64,000 nucleotides of DNA, from the NCBI GenBank assembly GCA_002309375.1, contig DBXK01000041.1, positions 2,001 to 66,000 on the forward strand, written 5' to 3'. Below are positions 62,579-64,000 of the stretch, piece by piece. The notes beneath the pieces were generated by a model. It saw only the letters and a list, made by a program, of their open reading frames with translations. It was not told the DNA's origin and did not search any database. A program made the translations under genes and the position numbers. This DNA comes from Christensenella sp. UBA1214 (lineage in GTDB: Bacteria; Bacillota; Clostridia; Christensenellales; CAG-138). Position 1 is the first letter of the stretch. Each line of letters begins with the position of its first letter.

Positions 62579-64000
62579 TCACGGTCCCATTAAAACCGGC
62601 ATAAGGGGATTCATTGTTTCATAGTTGCAAACAGAACACCGATAAATCGAGCCGAGATTAACAAACGAATGATAACCAATGTCTTTTCTTTTTCCACATT
62701 TATTGCATTCGTGATAGTGGTAAATCTCCGTATGACCATAAGCCAATCCGTAAAAATGCGATTCATTGAATGAATAACCGCAAATGGAGCAGGTACAGGT
62801 ATGATTTGAGCCGTTGTCAGTATATGTGTTTTGACATCCACTAATAGCGCAGGAATATGGACTTTTCATTTTAAATCCCTTCAGGTATGAAAAACTATAA
62901 GCCTGCTCAACAACTTTACCGGCTCCGCTAGAAGCATGAATTATGTTTACATAGGTGGTACTGTTCCAACTAACGTACAGTACAATATGATGAGCCGCAC
63001 TATCTGCTCTAACCATGAAGTCCATTGGCTTCATATTAGCAAAATGTGCCGCTGTTTCTGTACCAGTAGTTGAAACGGTTCCAATATCATAGCCATTCCC
63101 ATTCATTGCAAAACTATCAGTAGTCCAATAGTTGCTGGACGGAGCATTATAAGCATAGCATGCCAATCCGGAACAGTCAAGTCCGGTAGAACCGTAACAG
63201 GCCGGGGATTGCAGGTTGCCTGCGGTGTAGTACTTTCCCAAACCATCACCGTAGTAAATCTGGTTTAGTTTGCTATCAAAATCGCTTGGTCCATTATGCA
63301 TTCCCCGACAGTAAGGAATTCCGGTCATTGCCTTATTAGTCGTGACATTTCGTTCCTCAGGAGGCAACAAAATCTGATAAGAATTGCCGTCAGGTCCAGT
63401 ATAAGTCCTTTTGTAACCGTTTTGAGTCGGATTAAACGTCCATGAGTGGGTCGCACAGTTGCGTGCTCTTGCAAGGACTTGCGATCGCGTTAGAGAAGTA
63501 ATTGGTACTCCTTTAGTGCTTGCGTTGGATTTACTGTTACTGCAGAGAGCATATGCTTCTTTTGCTATAGCATCCATATTTGAATCATAGGAAGCACAAA
63601 GATTAGGCCTGGTGATATAAATGCCTTCATTAAGACATTGCATCATGTAAATAGAGCCGTCATCTGACACATATATTTCATCCTCGGGATAAGCATATAC
63701 ATCGTCTTCAGCAACAATGCACCCAACCAGCTCTCCGTTACCGTTGAATACTCTGATAGTTTTCTCAAACATTATAACGGGAACCTCAGGAACATATTCA
63801 TATGCAATGATTACAATCTGCTCTTCAGATCCGCGAACAAACTGTGCTATGGTATTATATCCAAGCTCGATTGATACAGGCCTGTCTGTTACACCTTTAA
63901 CTTCGTATGCCGAACCGCTAACCGCACAGCATGATATCTGACCGATGGGTTCCCAGTCGTGCGTTTTTCTGTCAAATGCATAGGTCTGAAGGTCGTGGCT
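62579..64000 (-). CDS. NlpC/P60 cysteine peptidase with C-terminal Cys/His-rich (zinc-ribbon-like) tail; 5' end outside the window
   Basis: GLDCSGLACYAY catalytic Cys motif and AAHHIVLYV...IIHAS His region. Tail is CAISGC...HTCTCSICG...HYHECNKCG...YRCSVCNY. I translated the frame upstream of the listed ATG 63772 and found no stop up to base 64000, so the gene probably starts beyond the window. Confidence 0.75.
   Translation of the reverse strand, partial: SHDLQTYAFDRKTHDWEPIGQISCCAVSGSAYEVKGVTDRPVSIELGYNTIAQFVRGSEEQIVIIAYEYVPEVPVIMFEKTIRVFNGNGELVGCIVAEDDVYAYPEDEIYVSDDGSIYMMQCLNEGIYITRPNLCASYDSNMDAIAKEAYALCSNSKSNASTKGVPITSLTRSQVLARARNCATHSWTFNPTQNGYKRTYTGPDGNSYQILLPPEERNVTTNKAMTGIPYCRGMHNGPSDFDSKLNQIYYGDGLGKYYTAGNLQSPACYGSTGLDCSGLACYAYNAPSSNYWTTDSFAMNGNGYDIGTVSTTGTETAAHFANMKPMDFMVRADSAAHHIVLYVSWNSTTYVNIIHASSGAGKVVEQAYSFSYLKGFKMKSPYSCAISGCQNTYTDNGSNHTCTCSICGYSFNESHFYGLAYGHTEIYHYHECNKCGKRKDIGYHSFVNLGSIYRCSVCNYETMNPLMPVLMGP

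Noticed and set aside
55661-64000. Prophage or ICE interpretation of the low-G+C region
   Set aside because: No integrase, recombinase, capsid, terminase, relaxase or type IV secretion genes are visible in the 8.3 kb available. Only hydrolases and lipoproteins are present. A mobile origin remains possible, but its machinery, if any, lies outside the window.

Overview
High-G+C segment (sampled lines about 60-70% G+C, not computed) that looks like a Clostridia chromosome. The many dockerin-bearing secreted proteins suggest an Oscillospiraceae/Ruminococcaceae-type anaerobe, but the taxon is inference. About 1-55.6 kb is mostly housekeeping or ordinary accessory content. It holds two tandem dockerin-bearing HExxH metalloproteases, pckA, a DegV protein, larC, DUF368, an orphan N6-adenine DNA methyltransferase, a MATE exporter and ireB. 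It also holds two ECF sigma/anti-sigma pairs, tRNA-Thr(GGT), VanW, the dnaG-rpoD operon, an L,D-transpeptidase and a MoxR-DUF58-DUF4129 operon. Further genes are a MacB-type ABC transporter, PAP2 and PP2C phosphatases, an OmpR-type two-component system, a cobT-cobU-cobS-cobC nucleotide-loop operon, and a 1351-aa secreted protein made of five tandem adhesin-like modules. The most unusual part is from about 55.05 kb to the window end. First come a decayed histidine-kinase/response-regulator pair, a triple 10-bp direct repeat and a tRNA-Arg(CCG)-derived element with its own promoter and terminator. Then comes a visibly lower-G+C mosaic region (about 38-56%) encoding a secreted amidase_6-like cysteine amidase and three lipoproteins of unknown function, two of them paralogous. 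It ends with an NlpC/P60 hydrolase carrying a Cys/His-rich tail, whose ORF runs off the window edge. I propose this as a horizontally acquired cell-wall hydrolase plus candidate-immunity lipoprotein island, possibly formerly under quorum-sensing-type control; this is a hypothesis only. No CRISPR array, rRNA, integrase or transposase was recognised. Because of the high G+C, many long antisense ORFs in the track are judged spurious.
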